Shown here: piece after piece, positions 1 to 9,935 of the stretch | Layout of the letters: every line of letters begins with the position of its first letter | Position numbering within the stretch: the first letter of the stretch is position 1 | Assembly (NCBI GenBank): GCA_030390025.1 | Contig: CM059432.1 | Coordinates: 106,890,001-106,954,000 of the forward strand | Direction: 5' to 3' | Origin: Squalus acanthias | Lineage: Eukaryota | Length of the DNA: 64,000 nucleotides | Translations under genes and position numbers: made by a program | Notes under the pieces: generated by a model | Seen by the model: only the letters and a program-made list of their open reading frames with translations | Database searches by the model: none | What the model was told of the DNA's origin: nothing

Positions 1-192
1 GTTCACATGAGAGGGGAGATGTGGCCTTGGTTTAACGTCTCATTTGAAAGTCAGCACCTCTGTCAGTGCAGCAATCCCTCAGTACTGCTCTGAAGTGTCA
101 GCCTTGATTATGTGCCCAAGATCTGGAGTGGGAGTTGAACCCTTGACCTTCTGACTCAGGTGAGAGTGCGAGCACTGAGCTAAAGAAGACAC
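1..192 (-). mobile_element. tRNA-derived (Deu-domain type) SINE, 5' part
   Basis: Reverse complement gives a tRNA-like head with a B-box (GGTTCAACTCC) followed by GGCTGACACTTCAGAGCAGTACTGAGGGA. The same motif recurs at ~19413, 19575, 29220 and 51490. Confidence 0.75.
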
Positions 193-496
193 TTTATATT
201 GAAATGGATGTTCCAGATATTGAAAGAGTGTATGCCCATTGTTACGTAAGTTCTCCAGAAAAATGGACAATCACTGCCAGTCTTTAAAAATCCGGGAAGG
301 GTGCAAGCAGAATTTTCCATCAGAACAGCAGCCAGGAGAGTGCCCGCAGCCTGGCTCACAATTATCTAAGCTATGTTTAGTTTCCTTTTATAACTATCTG
401 AAAATTAATTTGACATTCTTTTTGTCTTGTTTGTCAGTAAATTCTAAAATACTGTGTTTTTCTAAAAAAAAATATTTAACATTTTATTTTCAAAAG

Positions 497-692
497 GTGT
501 ATTCCAAAACCAAAAGTTTGTCTCACTAGCATTGATTTGCTTGAATGTGACCAGTACGAGTGTATCTCAAGATCAGTGAATTGCGAGCTGCTCCCAGTCG
601 AACCTGTTTGTGATACAGAAAATGTGGAACACTCCAATCGGTGTGCCTTGTACCAAAGATCGAAAACTTTGTCCTACATGGGCCCATGCCAG
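497..692 (+). CDS. RECK: RECK internal coding exon (Cys-rich/Kazal-like)
   Basis: aaag|G TGT ATT...TGC CAG|gtatga. Translates to CIPKPKVCLTSIDLLECDQYECISRSVNCELLPVEPVCDTENVEHSNRCALYQRSKTLSYMGPCQ, matching vertebrate RECK (CIPKPQVCLTT...YKGPCQ). 196 bp, ends in phase 0. Absent from the ORF track. Confidence 0.95.
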
Positions 693-1709
693 GTATGAAT
701 ATACTAATTTCACACTGTAAAAATGATCTACAGGCTGGTACAATCAGTAGATCTATAGATTTGAGGGCTAATTCCAAAATCCGACACTCCTGCGAAGTTC
801 CCTACTGAGAGTGAGGGGTTGCAGAATTAGCCATTTGGAGTCATTTTGTGGTTCTAATGCACCCTGTTACTTATAGTTATTAATGCACTGCGACTAACTG
901 TTGTAAGGAAACTTGGCCTTTCCCACTTTGGTGGGTCCCACTTCCACCAGCTGTACACTATACACCTGCTTCATGCGGGTCTACAGTATGTTGGGGGCAC
1001 CAGAGGTGGGACTGGCAGGAATTCCAGTGGGTGACATCATCCCCTCAATCCTGCCTCTTTTGCTGACGTTGTCTGGAAAGAGGGCAGCACAAGAAACACC
1101 CTCCCTTTGGGCCTGATGAATTGTCCAGCGTAGAACAAAACGAGTAGAATCCTACTGTTACCGAGTCCAACCCCAATTTCCATCCTGCTCGCTCCTGCCC
1201 GGCTCCTTAACACCCCCAGTATACGAGGAACCCCAAGGAGATTTGGGCCCCTGTTACTTCAGGTTTTAATATACCCCATTACCTCCTTAGTACTTTTATA
1301 TTTCCCTCAAACTTTAATGATAGTTTGTTATAAGTAAGTTTTGTTAACTTAATCGAGTCTCTCCATTGTTCATTTTAAATTCAGTTTACATTGTGTTTAA
1401 CCATAGATTGTCACGTCTGCTTCTACTTTTGCTTCCATTGTCTGATTTTTTGAAACTGGTTTGCTCAAGAGTGTCTCATATTTGCACTGTGTCAGGAAAA
1501 AACTGTTTTGTGTACGCCTCTATTTGAGTTCAGCTAATGGATTTCCTATGTTACCTACCCCATCATGCTCTATGCTCATGCCAGGCCACCTAGACTGTTC
1601 TGATGCACTATCCTACAGTCATGATGCGGAGATGCCGGTGTTGGACTGGGGTGGACAAAAATGAGAAGTCGCACAACACCAGGTTATAGTCCAACAGATT
1701 TATTTAAAA

Positions 1710-1747
1710 TTACAAGCTTTCGGAGCTGTTGCCCCTTCGTCAGGTAA
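1710..1747 (-). ncRNA. Minimal hammerhead ribozyme motif (left arm)
   Basis: Reverse complement reads TTAC-CTGACGA-aggggc aaca gctcc-GAAA-GC-TT-GTAA. Stem II GGGGC/GCTCC pairs fully (one G-U). Confidence 0.65.
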
Positions 1748-2202
1748 AGGTACAATGAGGGAATCTACAGTATTACACAGTATATAAACACAGAAAGCAA
1801 TTTGTCTGCAGAGATACAATCTTTCAGGGAGGCATTACATCAAAGACACACCAGAGCACAGCCAAGACAATGAGATGGGTCACAGGGGGTCCAACGTGTC
1901 AAATCCTGTCATCTGCAGTTGAGCTTTTAACCTTTTTTATTGTTTTTTTTTTTTGTGTTTTTTTTAAAAAACTGGAAACCAGTTTTTAAAAAAACACAAA
2001 AAAAACAAAACAAAAAAAGTTAAAAGCTCAACTGCAGACGGCAGGATTTGACACGTTGGACCCCCTGTGACCCATCTCATTGTCTTGGCTGTGCTCTGTT
2101 GTGTCTTTGATGTAATGCCTCCCTGAAAGATTGTATCTCTGCAGACAAATGGCTTTCTGTGTTTATATACTGTGTAATACTGTAGATTCCCTCATTGTAC
2201 CT

Positions 2203-2240
2203 TTACCTGACGAAGGGACAACAGCTCCGAAAGCTTGTAA
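2203..2240 (+). ncRNA. Minimal hammerhead ribozyme motif (right arm)
   Basis: TTAC-CTGACGA-agggac aaca gctcc-GAAA-GC-TT-GTAA. Stem I TTAC/GTAA, conserved CUGANGA and GAAA cores, short palindromic stem III. Confidence 0.65.
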
Positions 2241-2501
2241 TTTTAAATAAATCTGTTGGACTATAACCTGGTGTTGTGCGACTTCTCATTTCTATCCTAC
2301 AGTGGCTACCCTCCTCTTTCTTGTCTCTTCTAAAGTCTTCCTATTGGAGGCAGTAGTTCTACCTCCAGCACCATAAACCAGCCACAGTGCAAAGCAGCAG
2401 CCCTTATAGAACTACTGTGCCCCCCATTGCTTGGCCCCCTTGCAGCCATACCACCCCTTTTGCTTGCTAAAAATGCGCAGGTAACATGATAATTATTTAC
2501 A

Positions 2502-2690
2502 ATAGCAAAATATTGCGGATGCTGGAAATCATAAATAACAACAGAAAATGCTGGAAACACTCAGCAGGTCAGACAGCATCGTGGAGAGAGAAACAGAGTT
2601 AACGTTTCAGGTCGATGACCCTTCGTCAGAACTATTCTGCTGCCTGACTTGCTGAGTGTTTCCAACATTTTCTGTTGTTATTTATGATAG
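2502..2690 (-). mobile_element. Penelope-like terminal fragment with partial inversion and hammerhead motif
   Basis: Reverse complement AGTT-CTGACGA-AGGGTC ATC GACCT-GAAA-CG-TT-AACT at ~2597-2633. Inverted arms ~2529-2578 and 2638-2688. TSD TTATTTACA at 2493-2501 and 2691-2699. Confidence 0.7.
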
Positions 2691-3113
2691 TTATTTACAT
2701 TAACTGACCTCACCAAATCCTGCAAAGTGAGCTCCCACCTCCCCTTGTGCGATAATTGCTCTGCGCGCAGAGATCTTGAGACCACTTTTGCCGGGATCAC
2801 GCATTAACCTGTATATAATTGGGAAGTGGTTTTACAACCAAAGATGACTTAGTATTTGAGTACAGCATTTAGTAATGGCAGCTTTCTGCTTAACGTAACT
2901 TCCTACTGTGAAATGGACTCAGCCAGGGATAAAATATTAAGTGCAAGTTCTGTACTCTTATGTGGGCCACCTTCCCCGTGTGCTGGAATGCTATGTGTTT
3001 TAAGCTAAATTATGTGCATTCATGAAAGAGTTCTTTCTGTATTTTGCAGGCTGTATCTGGGTGCAATTGTCTTTTTATTTCTACCTTTAAATCACTTCTT
3101 AATTAAATATAAT

Positions 3114-3823
3114 GGCACAAAAATTGCTGTCAAAATAACGACGAAGCTAATAACGCTCGCTGTTATTTAAGTGCAAATACCACAGCAAACTCAGGCAAGG
3201 GCGGCTGCGCGATTAAACGAGGAAATTGAGATGTTGCTGTCAGAGATGCGCTGCTTCGCCGTCAGCTTTGCGAAAACGGCATCTCGCGGTCTAGCTGCCC
3301 ATTCAAATGCATTGAAAGGCATGAAGTTCCTGTACTTGCACGGTAGATATGATGTAAACTCGCCACAGTCAAGTCATTTCAAGTCTAAGTCCCCTTTTAA
3401 CGACGTGAGAAGTGTTAATTACTGCCAGTCAACTTCTCTGCCGCTGAAAATTAACTTTTGTAAGTGTGGAGTCTCATTCAATCAGTCTGTTTTTTTCTCA
3501 CTCTTAATCCAATCTTTCTTTCCCCCTCTTTATTTCTCTTTCTGTACCTAATTGACATTGAATTCACCCACTCTAACTTAAACTTCCTTGTTCAGATCTT
3601 GTGCTGGTCATTTCACAATCCTTCAACCTGACTGGTTAAGGAGATACACAGTTGCTTGCCCTGTTCACGCAGATCCCAGATATCCTGTAGAGGGCGCCGT
3701 GCCATTTCCATCTCACACTTCTGGCAACTTGCCACACAAAATATCGTGGTGATTAAATGGGCAGGGGCAAGTCTAACTAACGGTGAGCTCCGTTCGTTGA
3801 CCGATTACAGGAATTTTTGGGCC
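3114..3823. mobile_element. PIF/Harbinger-type MITE
   Basis: TIR GGCACAAAAATTGCTGT versus GGCCCAAAAATTCCTGT (reverse complement of right end). 3-bp TSD AAT. Internal similarity to 7567-8325. Confidence 0.8.
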
Positions 3824-4024
3824 AATGTTTAATGAGTCCTGTTAATACAATAAATTGGGATCCAGTATTTTCAAAGTGATCTGTTCTCGTATTAGATTTA
3901 ATGTGTATCATTTCCAATGAAGTTTAATTGATGCTGTTAGGTGTAAGATGAAATGTAACCGTTCATATCGAATAGCTCGTACTTTATTGAAAACTCTGTT
4001 TTTGGTTTTGTATTTTCTTTGGAG

Positions 4025-4232
4025 GATCTGTGTGGGCAGCAGCCTATCTGTGGTCATAATGGTGAGACATACGATAATGTGTGTGCTGCTTACTCGGATC
4101 GTGTGGCAGTGGACTATATTGGACGTTGCCAAGCTGTAGGCATTCGACCTGATTACAATTCTTATCCAGAGTGCTCATCCGTCACGTGTTCATCGCTCCC
4201 CAGCAATGGATGCAAGCCCGTCACTCCACCTG
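4025..4232 (+). CDS. RECK: RECK coding exon (Kazal-like domain)
   Basis: Encodes DLCGQQPICGHNGETYDNVCAAYSDRVAVDYIGRCQAVG...GCKPVTPP(G). Acceptor tttctttggag, donor G|gtaaag. 208 bp, phase 0 to 1. Confidence 0.95.
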
Positions 4233-4383
4233 GTAAAGAAAAAAATCTATCTTTTCCTAGAACTGGCAATCTGATTTTGTTTTTTGTTTGTTTTAATTTT
4301 TGCTGAATGTTGACCTTTATCTCGAACTCCCACATATCTATGGATGGTTTAGTTGGGAAGATTTCCTTTTTATATGCTTGATG

Positions 4384-4568
4384 TAAAGGATCGCTTGGGT
4401 GGAATGCATGGAGGAAAATCGTGCAGGGAGGATCGCACGCCTGTAACTGAGCCTGGACGATTTTTCATCCATTTAAATTAACAGATGGAATATTGAGCGG
4501 GCTTTGTTACAGGTGTGTGATCCTGTTGTCCGATTTTCCTCTGTGCGCTTTGTCCTTGTGATCCTTTA
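4384..4568. repeat. Degenerate fold-back (hairpin) element
   Basis: Nested inverted matches: TAAAGGATC/GATCCTTTA, GAGGAAAATCG/CGATTTTCCTC, GGATCGCACGCCTGTAAC/GTTACAGGTGTGTGATCC. Confidence 0.7.
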
Positions 4569-4715
4569 TAACCGAGCACTAATCTGCCCAAGTGAGTCAT
4601 ATTGAAAAGCACTTAAGAAACTATTAACTGTAAAAGTTTGAGTGTTCTAGTGAGTAAAAATATACTGCTTACATAAAATTGGTCCAAAGGTGTAATATTT
4701 GTTGTTGTCTTCTAG

Positions 4716-4789
4716 GAGCCTGCTGCCCATTGTGTGCTGGAATGCTACGAGTTTTATGGAGCAAAGATCAGTTGGACAGCCTTGCTAAG
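4716..4789 (+). CDS. RECK: RECK coding exon
   Basis: tctag|GA GCC TGC TGC...GCT AAG|gtaatt. Encodes (G)ACCPLCAGMLRVLWSKDQLDSLAK. 74 bp, phase 1 to 0. Confidence 0.95.
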
Positions 4790-5274
4790 GTAATTCCTAG
4801 ATAAAGAATTAAAACAAACAACTTCAGTTTGATTTAGAGTATAATTGACTGAAGTGGGCAGCCTCCATCACAGTGGTTTTCAAACATTTCTGTGTAGGGG
4901 AAGCCCTCCAATTATTTACTCGGTCCCAGAGAACATCTGTCCAAACTGTGACAGAGGCAGTATGCAGTCTTGCTATCTCCACATAATACTTTATTTATAT
5001 GAAATTTTGGATTGTCCGATATAGTCTGAAATTAAAATGGATTTCTATTAGCTGTATTCATAAAGAGTTACTGTATCTGTGTGGGGGGAAAGTAAGACAA
5101 TACACAAATTTATGTACAGATAATTTTAGGAAGAGCAGGCCAACTGGTTACTCAGAGAGAAGTCATTAAATGTAACAACAACTTGCATTTATATAGCGCC
5201 TTTAATATAGAAAAAATGTCCCAGGTCACTTCACCAAGGCATAATCAGACAAAAATAGACGTTGACATGAATCT

Positions 5275-6135
5275 TGTATGAAGTAATACTGGGCGGCCTG
5301 CTGGTGGCGCTGTCCAGGGAGAGTATAAATACTCGGGCATGGGCCCAGCTTGCTTTGGACATTCCTCAACAGGAACTAGTAAAGGACACAACTAGATCTC
5401 CATGTTGAAAAACAGTTGATTAAAGCTTTGTTTAACGCTTAGACCAAGTGCCTAGTAGTTTTCTTACGTCAATTTAATCAACTGGACCTGCTCCACGCTC
5501 TGAGTGGTTTTGGGAACAGACGGCTACGACTCAAACGGTAGAAGGGAACCAGACGTAGTAATCAATCCATCATGGAGAAACTACTCCAACCCGCCCGTCT
5601 CGACCTGGACCCGAATTCACGCTTTCCCTTTGCTTTCCCCTGTCCCAATATGCTTACTTCCACAGTGATCAAATGCCTCGATCAGGTCTTTTCCCTTTGC
5701 GGTACGGCCAATTTCATCCACTCTGATCAGGGTCCCTCCTTCATGTCAAGTGAATTCAAAAGTTATCTTTCCCAACTGGGAATCGCCACAAGTAAAACGA
5801 CACCGTATCATCCTATTGGAAACGGACAGGTTGAGAGATACAACGCGATCATTTGGAACGCTGTTCGTCTTGCACTGAGGTCACGCAATCTACCAGACCA
5901 GCAGTGGGAAACTATGCTCCATGACGCGTTGCATTCCATCAGGTCTCTTCTTTCTACATCCACCAATGTTACTCCTCACGAACGATTCTTCAGGTTCCAG
6001 CATCGCTCCACTCATGGGACGTCCCGACCATCATAGTTGGCAGCTCCCGGCTCTGTGCTGCTCCGAAGATTCGTCCAATCCTCCAAGAGTGATCCCCTCG
6101 TCGACAAGGTGGAACTAACGGATGTCAATCCTACA
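5275..6135 (+). mobile_element. Internally deleted Gypsy LTR retrotransposon (putative 5' LTR, gag start fused to integrase core)
   Basis: Putative LTR TG...CA at 5275-5480 with TATAAATA and ATTAAA. The ORF from 5572 (MEKLLQPARLDLDPNS, a Gypsy gag N-terminus) jumps to an rve integrase (RFPFAFPC...IHSDQGPSFMS...TTPYHPIGNGQVERYN...TPHERFF). In-frame TAG at 6034 where W is expected. Ends at ELTDVNPT. Confidence 0.85.
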
Positions 6136-6425
6136 GAGAGAGAGCGGAGCCCGGGAGCGGAGCACAGCGAGCCGAGCAGAGCACAGGCACAGAGCCCGGG
6201 ACCCGGAGCACAGGCACAGACCCAGCGGCTGGACCCGGACCGGACCCCGGAGCTCAGGCTCGGTCCCCATGGCTGGCGGGGCGGCGGTGGCGGTGCTGCT
6301 GGTTTGGGCGCTGCGGCTACCATTAGAAGCAACGGGACTCGCGTCATGCATGGCTGGATTTTCAGAAGATATTTTCAACGCAGTGGTTTCAAGGAGCGTA
6401 CGCGAAGGGCAGCCTCTCTTAAATG
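6136..6425 (+). pseudogene. CDH2: Processed 5' fragment of a classical cadherin mRNA (CDH2/N-cadherin-like): 5'UTR plus exons 1 and 2
   Basis: GC/CpG-rich leader, then ATG 6269: MAGGAAVAVLLVWALR|LPLEATGLASCMAGFSEDIFNAVVSRSVREGQPLLN(G)|gtaatt. Compare human N-cadherin [27 protein letters not shown]. The phase-1 donor falls where cadherin intron 2 starts. Confidence 0.75.
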
Positions 6426-7360
6426 GTAATTCATCATTGTGTTATATTGCTCTTTTTTTGTTGTTGCAAAGTATGGTTGGATGTTTGTGTTACATTAGAG
6501 ACGGAGAAAGCAGGCAAGATCTTCCTACAGTACGAAACACAGTAGCTTCAAGCTTTACATATAAAAGCGAAAGAACAGAAGAATGCAAATGTTTCTCTTG
6601 GGGGAAAAAAAAATATCTTTTTTTCTATTAGTTGGTGGGGGGGGAAAAAACCTGTGCTGGACTTTCCTATTGTACATTTTTTTTTAAGAAGTGCAGTGGT
6701 TGATGTTATTTTAAGCGACTAAAACACTTGACTTGCAACCTGAAGGTCTCCGATTTGAAGTTTGCCTCAAGTTTGACACTTACTTGGCCTTGATGCTACA
6801 CTGAAACGACTTTTTAGCTCTTTAGACTTGGGGTAGTTGAATTGGCGAGGCCTGTCTCTCTTTTTTAACCCATCTGCTCTTCTATCAGGCTGGAGCTCTG
6901 TGGTGCCGTTCAATATGCAGTCAATGTAAGAAGTATTGCAGGATGTATGCGAATATCTATTCTGTTTTATCTTGACATCTCGAGCCTTTTAGTTCCTTGC
7001 TTCCTGCTGCACAACCGAAAAGTCAATGTTTCTGCAGCAAAAATGGTTAAATAACTGTGCCTTCAATCTCGGAAATGTAGTAAACAGGGAGGAGGATAGT
7101 AACAGACTACAGAAGGACACGGACAGACCGGTGGATTAGGCAGCCCCTCAAGCCTGGTCTGCCATTCAGTTAGATCATGGCTGATCTGTACCACAACCCC
7201 ATTTACATCTTGGTACCAGGTGCAGGTAAAAGTTCAAATGCTTGAAGTGTGATGTTCATAAAAGACAATTGATTACCACAGGATCAGTAGAAAATTAATT
7301 TGCAGTCTATTACTGGAATGATGCACTGTTTCATCCTCAGCATTTCTTTTTTTCTTGCAG

Positions 7361-7516
7361 TTAAATGGGGGAAGACCAGTGTCTGTACACGACATCCTTT
7401 ACACTTTACGCCTCCACGTTTCAGTGCCTCAATGTGATGTTTTTGGATACCTAAGTATAGAATCTGATCTTGTGATCCTCATCATTCCAGTCGATCAAGA
7501 TCCAACAACACTGCAG
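7361..7516 (+). CDS. RECK: RECK penultimate coding exon
   Basis: ttcttgcag|TTA AAT...CTG CAG|gtatgt. Encodes LNGGRPVSVHDILYTLRLHVSVPQCDVFGYLSIESDLVILIIPVDQDPTTLQ. 156 bp, phase 0-0. Confidence 0.96.
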
Positions 7517-7566
7517 GTATGTTTTAAATATTATGCATTTTTGTTTCTTTTAACTTTGTAGCTAAT

Positions 7567-8325
7567 GGCCCGGAATTTGCGGTTGTAATGACAGTGAAAC
7601 TGTCAGCGCTCGTCATCATTATTGTGTAAAGCTGACAGCAACTTCATCCGCACATGCACAGTTAAACGCGGAAATCTGGAAGTTGCTGTCAGTGATGCCC
7701 TACTCCTCCACAGGGTGCGCTGTTGCAGTCTTCGCCGATGGAATCAACACAGAATAACTGATTTGATGTAAACTTCAACTATTTACGCGCTTTTCTCGCT
7801 GTAAAAACCAATGAAAATGTTAAGCCTTGTTCAATCAGGAGTAACTGAGATTTAAACGGCATACTAAGTCATAATTACTGCTAAACAACCTCTCTAACCC
7901 TGAAAAACTAATTTTAAAAGTATGGAGTCTCGTTCCCTCAGAAGAACATTTAAAAATGTCAGATTTTTTGAAAAATAAAAATTAATTTTTATTTTATTTT
8001 TAAAAATTGTTTTGATACTTCTCGCTTCTCGCTTAATCCCATATGTATGTCCCAATCTTTATCTCGCTTTATGTACAATTATTTAAATGTGAATTACATT
8101 TCCTGCTTTGCTGTCTGAGAATTCTTTAATCTGATTCGCTGATTAGCCTGCCTGCTGCCTGCCCTATTGCTGGTTGCCACAGATCCCTTATAGGTGACGC
8201 CAAATTCAAAGTGACGTTGGAAATGAGGAAACCTACGCTCTAGAGCCCGCTAAACTTTGTCGGCAGCTTTTTTCGAAGTCAGCAGCGAGTGCCGTCCCTT
8301 TACCACTGACTACAAAATCCGGGCC
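7567..8325. mobile_element. PIF/Harbinger-type MITE
   Basis: TIR GGCCCGGAATTTG versus GGCCCGGATTTTG (reverse complement of right end). TSD AAT. Related to 3114-3823. Confidence 0.8.
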
Positions 8326-8679
8326 AATATGTTTTGTGTAATACAGAAAAATACATACACACAATAAAAGTTCTACGGTAAAATCAATTCCATCTAACAC
8401 ATTTATCTGTATAAGTAAAAGTCTTGCATCTAATGTGTGTGCTTTATGTCATGCCTTTCAAAGGTGTTACACCTGAAAGTGTGACCTTAGCGATGTCACA
8501 GCTCAAAACACAGGAACAGGAGTAGGACATTCAGCCCCTTGAGCCTGTTCCACCATTCTGTTACATCACGGCTGATCTGTACATGACACATCCATTGGAC
8601 AGAAGTCAGTGATTGGCTGAAATTAGCACTTGCCTGTCAGTTACCAATCAAATATGAACGAAACTGGGATCAGAGTTTG

Positions 8680-9290
8680 GGGAAGTGGTCAAAGACAAGG
8701 TCAAAGAGGAAGATTTAAAAGAGGCTTTTGAAAGTGGGGAGAGATGAAACAAGGTGTAAGGTTTTAGGAAAAATGTTCTTAAGTGCAGGATTGTGATGAC
8801 TCTGCCACTGATGCTGTAACAGGGGTCTGCGGCGTAATCCAGACATTCAAGAGCATAGGGTGTGAGCTGGGGCAGCAGGTTGCAGGGGTTAGGTAGACCA
8901 AAGCCATAAAGGGATTTATAAACTAGGAAGAGGATTTTGAAATTAACGAGTTGAGGGATGGGGAGCCAGTGGATGTCAATGAAGACAGAGGTAATGGGTT
9001 GACGGGTTTTAAATTTGAATGGGGTACAGACATCAGAGCTCTGCGTGAGCTGGAGTTTGTACAGGATGGAGCTCAGGAGGTTTACAAGGGTGTTGGAGAA
9101 GTTGAGTCTGGAAGTGACAAAGGTATGAAGGAGGGGTTTAGTGGCACTGGATTGAGGGAGGGATAAAGTCAGACATTATTGAAGAAGCGTAATTAGGAGG
9201 TCTTGGTGATGGACTGGGTGTGAGGTCTGAAGCTCAGCTCAAAGTTGAATAGAACACTGAGATTGCACACCATCTGGATGAACCTGAGTG
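8680..9290 (-). mobile_element. Degraded L2-type LINE 3' fragment
   Basis: Reverse complement resembles the L2 3' copies at 27305-27966 and 49480-50145. Confidence 0.5.
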
Positions 9291-9935
9291 AGGAGCCATA
9301 GAGGAGAATTGGAGTCGGGGATTACGATGTAGAATTCCTGTTGAGAATCAAACATGTCCTTTTTCAATAATATAGAGAGCGCGACATTGCACCAAATATC
9401 GGTAATATTTCTGATCAGAAAGGATACAAATTCCACCAGGATGACCTCGGAAAATCTAACTCTGTTGGTAAATGTTTTCTACTGCAGATTATCTCTGATT
9501 TAGGAGCTTGCAGCGGTTGTTCTCAAAGTCCAGGCAAAGGATCTATGTATGCCTCTACCTCCTCTGAGGAAGTGAGCCTATTGAACTAATTGAATTTCTC
9601 TCAGAACTCTTGGAGCTGTTTGTTACCCTGATCCTTTGTACTATTTGTCCTCCTCAATCTCTCTGCTGTATTCAACTGCAGCTGGCCTTTTCTGCTTTTG
9701 CTGTTGCAGCACATTGACCATACAAACTTAATCATGATTAATGTGCCTTAGTGAACCTAAGTACTCATTCTAGGTGAGATAGTCTGAAAGTTGTCAACTC
9801 TCCCTGTGCCCTAATTAGATCAAGCTCAACATCTGCAGTTGACAATTTATTTTTAGAGTTGGCAATGGAGTGCCTTGTGCCGGTTCCTTTTTCGGTAGCG
9901 TATATGATCATGTGACCTCTTGAAACAACCTTACC

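Larger units (their letters stand above)
1620..2291. mobile_element. Non-autonomous Penelope-like insertion forming a ~630-bp palindrome
   Basis: Arms 1659-1975 and 1979-2291 are near-perfect reverse complements with an AAA loop at 1976-1978. 12-bp TSD CTATCCTACAGT at 1608-1619 and 2292-2303. Each arm has a hammerhead core. Confidence 0.85.

Noticed and set aside
766..1251. Additional Harbinger-like MITE (GGGCTAATT...ATTTGGGCCC)
   Set aside because: TIR match is too weak and there is no clear TSD.
1620..1660. Possible snRNA fragment
   Set aside because: No convincing match to a U snRNA. Better explained as the terminal extension of the Penelope-like insertion inside the TSD.
3030..3066. Extra RECK exon after a strong acceptor (ttttgcag at ~3049)
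   Set aside because: No RECK homology or good donor, and exons 497-692 and 4025-4232 already join in frame.
6269..6425. A genuine nested cadherin gene
   Set aside because: No further cadherin exons were seen in the window, exons 1 and 2 appear fused, and the piece is joined to a Gypsy fragment. Treated as a captured fragment.
6636..6660. Polypurine tract and 3' LTR of the Gypsy element
   Set aside because: The G/A run is not followed by any copy of the 5275-5480 sequence.
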